Source: an uncultured Spirochaetia bacterium | Lineage (GTDB): Bacteria > Oederibacteriota > PGYV01 > Palsa-1178 | Assembly: GCA_964443355.1 (NCBI GenBank) | Contig: CAYUDX010000014.1 | Coordinates: 17,992 to 81,991 of the forward strand | Direction of reading: 5' to 3' | DNA length: 64,000 nucleotides | Shown: positions 46,674 to 57,400 of the stretch, piece by piece | Layout of the letters: every line of letters starts with the position of its first letter | Numbering within the stretch: position 1 is the stretch's first letter | Position numbers and translations under genes: made by a program | The notes under the pieces: model-generated | The model's input: only the letters and a program-made list of their open reading frames with translations | What the model was told of the DNA's origin: nothing | The model's database searches: none

Positions 46674-48830
46674 TTAGTCCACCCTTTCGACGGTCAGGAC
46701 GTTCTTAACCTTCCTTAACGCGGCCATCAATTCGTTCAGGTGCTGCTGGCTTTTTATGCTGACGGCCAGGTCGGCCTGCAAATGGTTCTCGTAGGCGAGG
46801 TTGGAATTAAAGGAATTTATAAGGGCGTTGTTTTTGGACAGCGTCGTCAGGATGTCGCTCAAAAGCGAGTCCGTATTGCGCCCGGTCACCCTGAGCCTGC
46901 ACATATAAAAATTATCCGCTTTCTCGTTCCAGTTGACCTCCATTACAGGCGCGTTGATCTTTGAGAGCGCCAGGGTCGAGCAGCTCTTCCTGTGGACCGA
47001 TATCCCTTTTTTTGTGAAAATGCCTGTTATCTCGTCGCCGGGCACCGGGTTGCAGCAGCGTGCGAATTTATAGGCCACGTCCCCGAATTCCCCCTGGACT
47101 ATTATCTCGCCTTTGGCCGCGCCGTGCGTGATGTGCGGATGAACGGCCTTAAAATCCTCGCTCTCACGGACAAATTTCACTATATGATTGGCTATCTTGG
47201 AATCGGAAAATTCGCCGTAACCTATCCCGGCGAGGATGTCCTCTTTGTCCCTTATGTTATATTGTTCAAGCAGCGCGCCCCACGCCTCTTCCGGCACGCT
47301 CTCAAGCTTGATGTCGAACTTCCCGAACCTCTCGGAGAGCAGTGAACGGCCTTTCTCGATATTTTCCTTTATGTTCTGGTTCGTCCTGAGCCAGTGGCGT
47401 ATCCTGTTCTTGGCCTTGGCCGTTTTTACGACCTTGAGCCAGTCGACCACGGGATGCTGGTTCGGCCCCTTTAAAATATCAACCATGTCGCCGTTCTGCA
47501 TCTCGTATTTAAGCGTCACCCATTTGCCGTTGACCTTTGCGCCGATGCACTTGTCCCCCAGGTCCGAATGCACGCTGTATGCAAAATCAAGGACCGTGGC
47601 GCCCTTGATGAGTTCCTTGACCTCGCCCTTGGGAGTGAATACGAACACTTCCTCGTCAAAAAGATCCACCTTGAGTTCCTTGATGAATTCCTCGCTCTCG
47701 CGCACCGTGCCGTGCCATTCAAGCAGCTGGCGCACCCAGGCGAAAGCCGTGTCCGTCTTTTTGTCAAAAGCCTTCTCTTCCTTGTAATTCCAGTGGGCCG
47801 CGATGCCTTCCTCGGCCAGCTCGTCCATCTCATGCGTCCTTATCTGTATCTCCACGGGCCGGCCCGACTCGTCGAGTATCGTGGTGTGCAGGGACTGGTA
47901 CATGTTGGACTTCGGCATGGCTATGTAATCCTTGAACCTCCCGGGAAGCGGTTTTAAATAATTATGGATGATGCCGAGTATCGTGTAACAACTTGCCTTT
48001 GTGTCGGTTATGACCCTTAAGGCCAGCAGGTCGTAAATGTTCTCAAAACGCTTGTTGTCGCGCGTCATCTTCTGGTATATGGAATAAAAATGCTTGGGCC
48101 TGCCGACTATCTCGGCGGTCACACCCTGCTTTTTCAGCTCCTCGTCCAGCCTGGACTTGAGCGCCTCGACCCTTTTCTCACGCTCTTCCTTCCTTTCCGC
48201 TATTTTTTCAGCTATATCGCGGTAGGCCTCCTGGTTTATGACCGAGAAGGCGATGTCCTCAAGTTCGGATTTTACCTTTTCCATGCCGAGCCTGTGCGCC
48301 AACGGAGCGTAAATATTAAGGGTTTCCTGCGATATTATTTTTTGTTTTTCTGGGTCAAGAAATCTTATGGTCCTCATGTTATGAAGCCTGTCGGCAAGCT
48401 TTATGATTATGACCCTTATGTCCTTTGCCATTGCAAAGAACATTTTTTTCAGCGACTCGCTGAATATCTGGCCCCTGGTCTTGAATACCTTCGCGGTTAC
48501 ATGGCTTACGCCCTCCACAAGGAAGGCCACGTTCTCGCCCGATATTTTTTTTATATCCTCCACCGTAAATGACGTGTCCTCTATGACATCGTGAAGCAGC
48601 CCCGCCGCGATGGTAGAGGCGTCCATCTTCATTTCCTTCAATATGCGCGCCACTTCCACGGAATGGGAAATATACGGCTCTCCCGACATCCTTTTCTGGC
48701 CCTCATGGGCCTTGACGGCCATGTCAAAGGCGGTCATTATTACGTTGGAACCCTTCTCGTCAAAACCCTTTGCCACCTCCAGCATTTGAGCCCGGAATGC
48801 TTCCGTATTATCTCCCAAAATGAGCCTCAC
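46674..48830 (-). CDS. relA: Bifunctional (p)ppGpp synthetase/hydrolase (long RSH: HD, SYNTH, TGS, ZFD, ACT)
   Basis: HEGQKRMSGEPYISH, LLHDVIED, KLADRLHNMRT, GRPKH, YQSLHT, EIQIRT, VFTPKG (TGS), ARCCNPVPGD. Confidence 0.95.
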   Translation of the reverse strand: MRLILGDNTEAFRAQMLEVAKGFDEKGSNVIMTAFDMAVKAHEGQKRMSGEPYISHSVEVARILKEMKMDASTIAAGLLHDVIEDTSFTVEDIKKISGENVAFLVEGVSHVTAKVFKTRGQIFSESLKKMFFAMAKDIRVIIIKLADRLHNMRTIRFLDPEKQKIISQETLNIYAPLAHRLGMEKVKSELEDIAFSVINQEAYRDIAEKIAERKEEREKRVEALKSRLDEELKKQGVTAEIVGRPKHFYSIYQKMTRDNKRFENIYDLLALRVITDTKASCYTILGIIHNYLKPLPGRFKDYIAMPKSNMYQSLHTTILDESGRPVEIQIRTHEMDELAEEGIAAHWNYKEEKAFDKKTDTAFAWVRQLLEWHGTVRESEEFIKELKVDLFDEEVFVFTPKGEVKELIKGATVLDFAYSVHSDLGDKCIGAKVNGKWVTLKYEMQNGDMVDILKGPNQHPVVDWLKVVKTAKAKNRIRHWLRTNQNIKENIEKGRSLLSERFGKFDIKLESVPEEAWGALLEQYNIRDKEDILAGIGYGEFSDSKIANHIVKFVRESEDFKAVHPHITHGAAKGEIIVQGEFGDVAYKFARCCNPVPGDEITGIFTKKGISVHRKSCSTLALSKINAPVMEVNWNEKADNFYMCRLRVTGRNTDSLLSDILTTLSKNNALINSFNSNLAYENHLQADLAVSIKSQQHLNELMAALRKVKNVLTVERVD

Positions 48831-49467
48831 AGTCGGAGTTGAGCGTCTTCAGCTCCTGCTCGAGCTTTTTCCTGATATTTTCCGAATCCTCTTCGGGAAT
48901 TTCCGGGCCGACTTCGACCGGGGTGCCGAACTTGAAAACCCCTTTTGAGAAAGGCAGCGGCACCTGGAACCTGTCCCATGACGTAAGCCTTATCCTGTTT
49001 CCCCATGCGAACCCGAATGGCACAACGGCCAGACCCGTGAGCTTTGCAAGGTATATGGCCCCTTTGCCGACGCTTTCCGCCGGCCCGCGCGGCCCGTCCG
49101 TATTTATGGTTATGTCCCTTCCCTCTTCGGCCAGCTTTTTAAGCTCCATGAGCCCCTTTGCGGCGCCCCTGAATGAAGAACCCCTGGCTATCACAAATCC
49201 GAAACTCTGCGCGACGCGTGTGGCTATCTCCCCGTCCTTGCTCATGGAAACAAGCGAGACGATACCCATGTTCCTGTAATAGCAAACCGGCGCCAGCAGT
49301 ATTGAGTGCCAGAAAATATATATGTACCGCCTTTTCTTGTCCTGGTAAGGCGATATCCCGGCGCCGTTTAGCTCGCTGAAAGAAAATGTCAGCGAGAGTA
49401 GCTTTAGCAGGAATATTCCGGCCGGCAAAACCAGGTTAAACAGCATCCATTCCTTTATTTTTTTCAT
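48808..49467 (-). CDS. DUF374 / lysophospholipid acyltransferase family protein (start corrected to 49467)
   Basis: IFWHSILL, SMSKDGEIA, ARGSSFRG, TDGPRGP, WDRFQVPLPFSK. Confidence 0.85.
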   Translation of the reverse strand: MKKIKEWMLFNLVLPAGIFLLKLLSLTFSFSELNGAGISPYQDKKRRYIYIFWHSILLAPVCYYRNMGIVSLVSMSKDGEIATRVAQSFGFVIARGSSFRGAAKGLMELKKLAEEGRDITINTDGPRGPAESVGKGAIYLAKLTGLAVVPFGFAWGNRIRLTSWDRFQVPLPFSKGVFKFGTPVEVGPEIPEEDSENIRKKLEQELKTLNSDCEAHFGR

Positions 49468-49479
49468 TTTCACCTTTTT

Positions 49480-49515
49480 AAAAAAAAAGGCGCAGGATAA
49501 CCTGCGCCTTTTTTT
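49480..49515. terminator. Intrinsic terminator downstream of the LysM gene
   Basis: AAAAAAAAAGGCGCAGG-ataa-CCTGCGCCTTTTTTT. Confidence 0.85.
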
Positions 49516-49543
49516 CATTAACGCGCCGACAAAGGGCGCGCTT

Positions 49544-50290
49544 TTATCCCAGTATATTGTCCGACTTTTCCTCTTTTTCTTCCTCATCCTCTTCTTTTTT
49601 CTTGTTCCTTTGCGCTATAATGAAATAGATCACCACTGCGATCACGCCGAGCAATATGAGCAGAAGCGCTATCATATTCGGCCCGCTCTTTTTTGCCTTT
49701 TTTGACGGTTCCGGTATCGGAGTGGGCTGTTCTTCCGTCTGGGAAGATGCCGCTTCCGAAACCGCGGCTTCCTTTGCCGGGGCCGCGCTTGCGCGCGCCT
49801 TCACGTGTTTTACCGGGTTTATCCCGGCAACCGCGCCTTCCTGAACGTTCTCATCCGATTCCTTGCCGGCCGGTGCCTGCGCAGTCGCGCCGTTTTCAGC
49901 CGGAGGCCAGTTAAGTTCGGTCGCCTTTTGCTTTGCCTTTTCAATGTCCACGGCTGTAATGTTCCGCGGGATTATGAGCCTCTGCCCTTCGTTCACGGTC
50001 TTATAATCATCAATTATGTCCTTATTGGCGTCAAATATCACAGGCCACTGGTACTTGTTCCCGTAAATTTCCGGCTTCTCGGCTATCGAATAGAGAGTGT
50101 CGCCTTTTTCAACAAGGTATGTGTTCGGCAGTTCTTCTTTTGCCTTTTGTTTTGCCTCGTCCATTACCTGCCCTTCCTCATCGGCCGCGCTCTTGACCTT
50201 CTGGCCCTCGCTGCCGCCGCCGCAGCCCGTAATCAGCATTGTTCCGAAAGCAAAAACCACCATTAAGAACATAACAAGAAATTTCTTCAT
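49544..50290 (-). CDS. LysM-domain lipoprotein with Ala/Pro linker and C-terminal TM helix
   Basis: Lipobox ITGC; LysM YLVEKGDTLYSIA..YGNKYQWPVIFDANK..GQRLIIP; TM MIALLLILLGVIAVVIYFII followed by a charged tail. Confidence 0.85.
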   Translation of the reverse strand: MKKFLVMFLMVVFAFGTMLITGCGGGSEGQKVKSAADEEGQVMDEAKQKAKEELPNTYLVEKGDTLYSIAEKPEIYGNKYQWPVIFDANKDIIDDYKTVNEGQRLIIPRNITAVDIEKAKQKATELNWPPAENGATAQAPAGKESDENVQEGAVAGINPVKHVKARASAAPAKEAAVSEAASSQTEEQPTPIPEPSKKAKKSGPNMIALLLILLGVIAVVIYFIIAQRNKKKEEDEEEKEEKSDNILG

Positions 50291-50325
50291 CAGTTCCTCC
50301 TGTAATTAAATTAAATATATGGTAA

Positions 50326-50353
50326 ATTATATCATTTTCAGGTTTTCTGTCAA
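50326..50353 (-). promoter_or_regulatory. Sigma-70 promoter of the LysM gene
   Basis: TTGACA-N16-TATAAT. Confidence 0.75.
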
Positions 50354-50387
50354 GTTTTAAGGCCATGAAAAAGGAGCGGCTTTTTCC

Positions 50388-51392
50388 TTATATCCTGAAG
50401 TATAAACCTATCTTCTGGCTGCTTCCAAGCTCGCCATAGGGCGAATAAACGTAATCCAGGGAATACATTGTGGCCTGGCCGTTCCTTAACCCTATCCCGG
50501 CGCCCGCGGCCAATCCGCTGTAAAGCCTTGAAGACGGGTTAAAATCATATCCCGCCCTGAGAGCGATGTTAAAATCCCCGAAATTGTGCATGTATTCAAA
50601 TCCGGTCCTCAAATTGAACGAGTCGGCCACGGAAACGTCCGCATCCAGGCTGTAACGGAACCTGTTGGAAAGGCCGAAAATATTAAGCACCTGCGTAGAG
50701 GCGCCCGCGGCCACTATCATCGGTGTCAGACCCGACCCGAATCCGATCCCAAGGTTCCTTATGTCGAACCCCAGGGAAATCTTGTTCCATATGGTCTCGC
50801 CGCGGTTCTGCATAAAATCGGCCTCTTCCAGGACTATGTTGTATATGGCGCCTATATCCGCGGAGAGCGCCATGTCGCTGTAATCAGGCCCGAGGTTCTC
50901 GCCCGAAAATTTTACGGTAGCCCCCGCTTCGACATTTTTTGTAAAATCATTATAAAGCAGTTTTGATAATTTGACGCCGTAGCCGACACCGACAAGAAAA
51001 TCCGACGCGGATACCGTCGGCCCGGTGCCGTCGTATTGCCCCAGCGCGGTTTCATTGGTCCTCACCAGCGAGCCGCCGTTCAAATATTTCACAACCGCGC
51101 CCAGAGTCCCTATATCCGGGTTGCCGTGGGCGTAATAAAAAGAATCATAGAATATCCCCATCAAATAAAGGTCCTGGATGAAGAGCATATCGGTGTTCTC
51201 TATGGTGGACAGACCGGCGGGGTTCATGTCAAAGGCCTCAAGGTCGTCGCTTATTGAATTATACGCCCCGGCCATTGCCTGTGATTTTATGCCCGAGGGC
51301 ACTTTAAGCAGGTCGATGGCCCCCTGCCCAGCGTCCGCAAAAACCTGTGACACGGCGAAAAGCGCCGCGATAATCAATATGGCTTTTTTCAT
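50388..51392 (-). CDS. PorV/PorQ-family outer-membrane beta-barrel
   Basis: Signal peptide; LLKVPSGIKSQAMAGAY..DDLEAFDMNPAGL; C-terminal LDYVYSPYGELGSSQKIGLYFRI; starts 10 nt after the stop of the giant CTD protein. Confidence 0.8.
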   Translation of the reverse strand: MKKAILIIAALFAVSQVFADAGQGAIDLLKVPSGIKSQAMAGAYNSISDDLEAFDMNPAGLSTIENTDMLFIQDLYLMGIFYDSFYYAHGNPDIGTLGAVVKYLNGGSLVRTNETALGQYDGTGPTVSASDFLVGVGYGVKLSKLLYNDFTKNVEAGATVKFSGENLGPDYSDMALSADIGAIYNIVLEEADFMQNRGETIWNKISLGFDIRNLGIGFGSGLTPMIVAAGASTQVLNIFGLSNRFRYSLDADVSVADSFNLRTGFEYMHNFGDFNIALRAGYDFNPSSRLYSGLAAGAGIGLRNGQATMYSLDYVYSPYGELGSSQKIGLYFRI

Positions 51393-51402
51393 GTTTTGTC
51401 CT

Positions 51403-54400
51403 TTACTTGATTATGTATATCTTGCCCGTGTATTTTCCCGCTCCGGTGGTGACAATATACATGTAAATGCCCGCAGCGCATTTTTCTCCGTTCATGTTCG
51501 TGCCGTTCCATTCTATCCTGCCGGAGACACCGTCGAATTCCTTGACCTTATAACCCTGTATGTCGTATATTTCCACTGTGGAATTTGGCGGCATGAAGTC
51601 GAATTTCAGGGTGCCGTTGTAAGCCTTTGTGGGAGAATACGGGTTAGGGTAAACCGCTATCATATCCGGCGTCGGGGATGCGGTCGGCGTTATTGTGGAA
51701 GTCGTCGTTATCGTGGGCGTATTGGTGAAGGTCGGCGATGTCGTGTAAGTCGGCGATATTGTATGCGTCCTGGTGATGGTCGGCGTCTGGGTTATTGTGG
51801 CTGTTTCGGTTTCTGTGACCGTCTCGGTAACCGTGGGCGTGCCCGTCTTTGTGACGGATGGCGTGGCCGTGAATGTCGATGTGGCCGTATATGTGGGCGA
51901 TATGGTGTAGGTATTTGTGAAAGTGAACGTCGGCGTTATTGTGGGCGTCACCGTTGCCGTCCACGGCGGTGTTATCGTGGAAGTCGGAGTTACGGTCGGG
52001 GTATCCGTAAATGTCGGGCTGACCGAGAAGGTCGGGCTTATCGTGAAAGTCGGCGTCACGCTTGGCGTCGCCGTGAATGTCGGCGTCGCCGTGAATGTCG
52101 GCGTCGCAGTATAAGTGGGCGTGACCGTCTGCGTGACCGTCTTTGTGACCGTGAACGTATTGGTTGATGTTTCCGTAATTGTCGGGGTTACGGTCGGGGT
52201 CACGGTTTGCGTGTCTGTCGCCGTAATGGTCGGCGTGACCGTCTGCGTCACCGTCTCGGTGTCCGTCTGTGTAACTGTCTTGGTCACCGTCTGCGTGACC
52301 GTTATGGTTATAGTAGGCGTAACCGTTTGTGTCACCGTCTCGGTGTCCGTCTGCGTTACGGTCTTGGTTACCGTCTGCGTAACCGTTATGGTAATTGTCG
52401 GGGTAACAGTCTGCGTTACAGTCTGCGTCACGGTGGCGGTCACTGTCTTTGTTACCGTCGGAGTCACCGTCTGTGTCACTGTCGGCGTCACAGTCTGGGT
52501 AACCGTCTGCGTAACCGTCTGGGTAACCGTCTTTGTGACCGTGGGTGTTACCGTCTGCGTAACCGTCGGGGTTATCGTTTTTGTGACCGTGGGCGTGAAG
52601 GTAAATGTAAGCGGATCTCCCACGAGAGTATTATTGCTGACCCCGGTCTTTGTCGCATCGAGGGTGTCTTTAGCTGTTATATTCTGCAAACCGTCCGTTC
52701 CGTATTTGATCACTGTGAACTGGTGCACGCCGTTGTCTCCCGCCACAAAAGTATAATCGGACGGCAGTGTCGCAAGCGGGTCCGTAGATGTGAAATGGAC
52801 CGTCCCGGTGTAATTTGTCACCGTCTGGTTATAAGCGTCCTTTGCCCTCACTATTATTGTATAGAAGGTTATGTAAGTGCCCCATGACCTGAACGCCGTG
52901 GACGGTGCCGAAATGGCAAACGTTATTACAGGCTGTGACATTATTATGGCCGACGACGTCACTCCCGAGGGATTGGACATTGTCGCGGTGACTATATGGC
53001 CGATACCGGAGGATATCGAAAGCGTCAGTATTGTGCTCAACTGACCTGCCGCGTTGGAATATCCGCTGATAGGATTGACCGAGCCGTAATTTGAATCAAA
53101 AGATATTGGCACATTGGCTATGGCCTGCGCCGTGCCGTTCTGGTCCGTTATATATGCCATTACCGAATATGTTGATCCGGCAGGCGCGAAAATAGTGCCC
53201 GAAGATGCAGGCGGTGTTATGTGCAGGAAATATCCGGTAGTAACGTTAAGCGTCTCTGTAGCCGATGTGTACCCGGTTCCGGATATTACAAATGTATACG
53301 TGCCGGGTGTGTGTGATTTAATATAAATAAGGCAATAGCCGCTTGAATTTACAGTAAACGGCAATGCCGTATTCAGCCCGCTCCATGTCACCCCGTCAAG
53401 GGAGTACTGCACGTTTGCGTTTGCCGCAATTGTCAGCGAAGTATCACCTGATTTTGGCTGGGCATTGAAACCGCCCGCGTCCTGCAGATTAACGCCGAGG
53501 CTTCCTATAATATCCGCTCCCAGGGCCATCGGGTTAGGGTTCGGCACTATCTGCGTCGCTGTCCCTGATATATAAATAATTACCGTTGTGCCGAGAACCC
53601 CCGCCGAGTTGACCACGCAATAATTCATCTGGTCGGTAGAGGCTCCGGTCGTAAAAGTTGTCGTCACATGGCCGTTTGCGTCCGTATTGCCCGATGCCGG
53701 CGCCACAGTCGGAGCCCCGCCGCTTGCTTTCGGGACGAACGTTATCGCCGTGTTTGTTATAGGATTGCCGTAGGCATCGGTCAGGAGCGCGGTTATTGTA
53801 AGCGGCGTGCTTATAGGCGCCGAATATGCGCTTGCCGTGGCCGACAAAAGGGCCGCGACATTTGATATGGTGGTGGCGTATGCCTTGCCGTCCGTAAGGG
53901 CCGCCGCCGTATCATGCGCCGTAATTGTCACGCTGTTGCCGTTCTTGGTATCCATATAATAAAGCGTGGCCTTGCCGCTGGCAAGGGTTACGTTTACCGT
54001 AGTGAACCAGTTGTTCTGGTCGGTTGAGAACTGCATGGTTGCGGAAGCGGAAGAGAGCTTCACGACAGCGTTGGAATTGGCGCTGTTGCCCAGGCTGTCC
54101 TTGGCCTGCACTATTATGGTCGCGGTGTTTCCGGCCATATTTGTCTGCGTTGCCGGTATTATGGAAAGCGAGGAAGCGGGCGTATCGTTTACCGTGATGG
54201 CAGCCGTCCCCGTGGTAAGCCCGGTTACCGCGGCCGATACCGTCGAATTTCCATCCACTGAATCCCTTACAAGGATATTGTTGACCTGCGTTCCAGGCAG
54301 GTATACCGTTGTCAGCCATGTATTTCCATTATCCTGGCTGAACTGCATCGTTCCCGACGTGGATGTCATTGTTATATTCTGCGCATACGATATATTATTT

Positions 54401-57400
54401 CCGTTAACATCCTGTATGCTCACCTGTATCGACCCGGGCGAGTTGGATTGAAGGCTGAGATAGTTCGGTATTATGGTCACTTTGCTCGCGGCTGTTGCCG
54501 TAAAATTAACCGTCGTTATCCTGCTCATATGGCTCAAAGTAGCGGTTATCTGCGCCGAGCCTTCAAGGGTTGATTTTATTGTAGCCGAAGCATTTCCGTT
54601 AACATCAGTTACAGCCCTTGTGTTTCCCACCAGCAGATTTTGCGGGGTTATGATGTCGCCCGGACGGTTCGATGTAAAATCAATCAGGGCCCCGAAAACA
54701 GGGTTTCCGCCTGGGCTTGTCACATGCGCCGTTATTGTCGCCGTAGCCACACCGTTTGCCAGCACCGGAGAGCCCACGACGCTTAATGTCATATCCTTTA
54801 ATATAAAGACCCAGTTGTTCGTGGGGATTACGGTTCCGCCGATCCATGAAGCGCCCGCCCCTACAGTGGATGATACCGGGTTCGGAACCCAGCCGGTCAC
54901 TCCAAGAATATTATTGTTCATGAATATTGATTTTATGGTTGTGCCGCTTGAATTTGTAAACTGAATATTGTCATAAATGGCGTTGAATGTTCCCTGGTTG
55001 TTGGAAGGCGCGCCGTTCTGTCCGAGGTTTCCGGTATCCTGTGACAGGAAGAACTCCAGGGAATTATGGTTCGCAAGCCCTGCCGGCGAGAAATCAAATT
55101 TCCTGTGATACCACTGCCCTCTCGCGTAAGCGGATATGTCGGTCGACGGATGTATCCTTATATTATTCTGGTCCCTTATATAAGGAGTAAAATCCCTTAA
55201 TTGACCTCCCGGATTCCATGTCCCGTTATTTTCCACGGAGCAATAGAAATCAGCGCTGTAATCCGGTATAAATACGTCGAATTGAAGGAAAGAACTTGCC
55301 GGGACGGTAAATGCTATACCTGCGTTATTTGTAATGCTTATATAAGCGTAGCCGTACGCGTCCTGGGTCGGCAGATATGAAGTCAACAGGAGCGGCTGGC
55401 TGTATTGCGAAGCGCTGGAAGAGGCCACTATAGGTCCGCTTGTCCCGCTCTTTCCCGCGCCCGCGTCTGTGGCTGTAATGGTCCAGGTCCCGGCGGTGTT
55501 AAGGATAGCTGAAAGTATCCTGGTGCCGCCGTCCGTCAGCTGGAATGTATATGAAGCCGGAGCCATTGTCCCGGAATTGTCGGTGGTCGTTAAAGCGACG
55601 AGGTCGGTAAAATTACTTATGATATTGCCGTACTGGTCGACTGCCGTGACCGCGTAGTTGAAGCTTATGCCCGTGTTCGCGGTTGCAGGCGCCACAACCT
55701 GGAACGTGGATAACGCCCCCGCATTGACATTAATGCCGTTGCTGGTGCCTTTTATTGAAGGAGTCACGTCGTCATGGGCCGATATCGTTTGGATCCCTTC
55801 CGTCGTCAATGTTACATAAAAACTCCTTGTGCCGTTATTTGCAAGCGTAAAGGCCGTATCCGGCGGAAGGACCGTAAACGCACCGGTATCGGTGGATGTG
55901 AATCCGACGGTGCCTGCGTAAGTTGTTACCACATTATTATAAGAATCCTTTGCCGTTACGGTTATATATATATATTGTCCCGCCGAGCATGAAGCGGGCG
56001 CCTGTATGGTAAAGCTCACCGCGCTGCCCGTGGTAAGGTTTACCACCGCGGTCCCGGTCGCAAGAATGCCGGCGTCGTCCGTGGCTATGATGGCCTTTGA
56101 ACCCGTGTTATTGATCTGAACCGATACGGTCGTCACGCCGTTCTCCGCCCCGGTAAAGACATAAACGAGCGGTGTTATGGAATATGATGACGCGTTGGAA
56201 CTCATGTCAACCTGCCCGGTGTATCCGGTAAATACCAGATTGCCATATGAGAGCGGCTCCATTGCCTGAACCTGCGCGGTAAAAGGAACGCCCGCGACCT
56301 GGGCCGGGGCCGCTATTACCTGGAAGTGGTCCGCGTACGCCGTGGCCGTGACCGTCGGGGTCGCCGTCGGAGTGTCCGTTGGCGTTACCGTCTGCGTCAC
56401 CGTCTGCGTTGTGGATGCGGTCACCGTAGGCGTTGCCGTCTGTGTCACCGTAGGAGTCACCGTAGGCGTCACCGTCTGTGTATCAGTCTGGGTAACACTT
56501 GGCGTAACTGTAAATGTCGGCGTGTTCGTCGGGGTAAAAGTAGGCGTGTCGGTTGGAGTTACCGTCTGTGTCACCGTGGGCGTTACCGTCTGCGTTACTG
56601 TCTGCGTCACTGTTGGCGTCACTGTTGGCGTCACCGTCTGCGTCACCGTCTGCGTTACCGTCCGGGTAACAGTGGGCGTCACAGTGGGTGTCACCGTCTC
56701 GGTCACCGTGGGCGTAACTGTCTGTGTCACCGTCTGCGTCACTGTCTGCGTAACGCTCGGCGTTATCGTTGGAGTGACCGTCTCGGTCACCGTGGGCGTC
56801 ACCGTCTGTGTCACCGTCTGTGTTACTGTCTGTGTCACGCTCGGCGTTATTGTTGGAGTGACCGTCTGCGTTACCGTCTGTGTCACTGTAGGCGTCACTG
56901 TTTCCGTATCAGTCTGCGTCACAGTGGGCGTCACTGTCGGCGTCACCGTCTGAGTTACAGTCTTCGTAACCGTCGGCGTCCATGTCGGCGTGTCTGTCTG
57001 CGTCACAGTGAATGTCGGGGTGTTGGTCGGAGTGACCGTGGGCGTCGATGTCGGGGTCACAGTCTGCGTTACGGTCGGAGTCACCGTCTCCGTATCGGTC
57101 GGAGTCACCGACGGCGTGACGGTATAAGTCGGCGTCGCCGTGGAAGTCATTGTTATTGTCGGGGTGGCCGTGAATGTTTTTGTTATGGTGAACGTCGGGG
57201 TGACCGTAAAGGTCCACGCCGGGTTCCTTGTAAAATCTATCTGGAGGTTGGATACGTAAGGGGAAACAAAATTGTTGTAAGTGGTGAGTATTGCGCGCCA
57301 TAATATCTCGGTGCCGGTGTTTGCTATCCCGATGCCCGACGTCACAGGCGTCCATGTGGAGCCGTTCGTGGACAGGTAATAGGCAATCGATGTATTGGCC

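Noticed and set aside
51178-57355. Long + strand ORFs (51178..52167, 52115..52756, 52207..52887, 56326..57303, 56342..56953)
   Set aside because: These are Val- or Arg-rich antisense shadows of the Thr-rich repeats in the giant minus-strand CDS.
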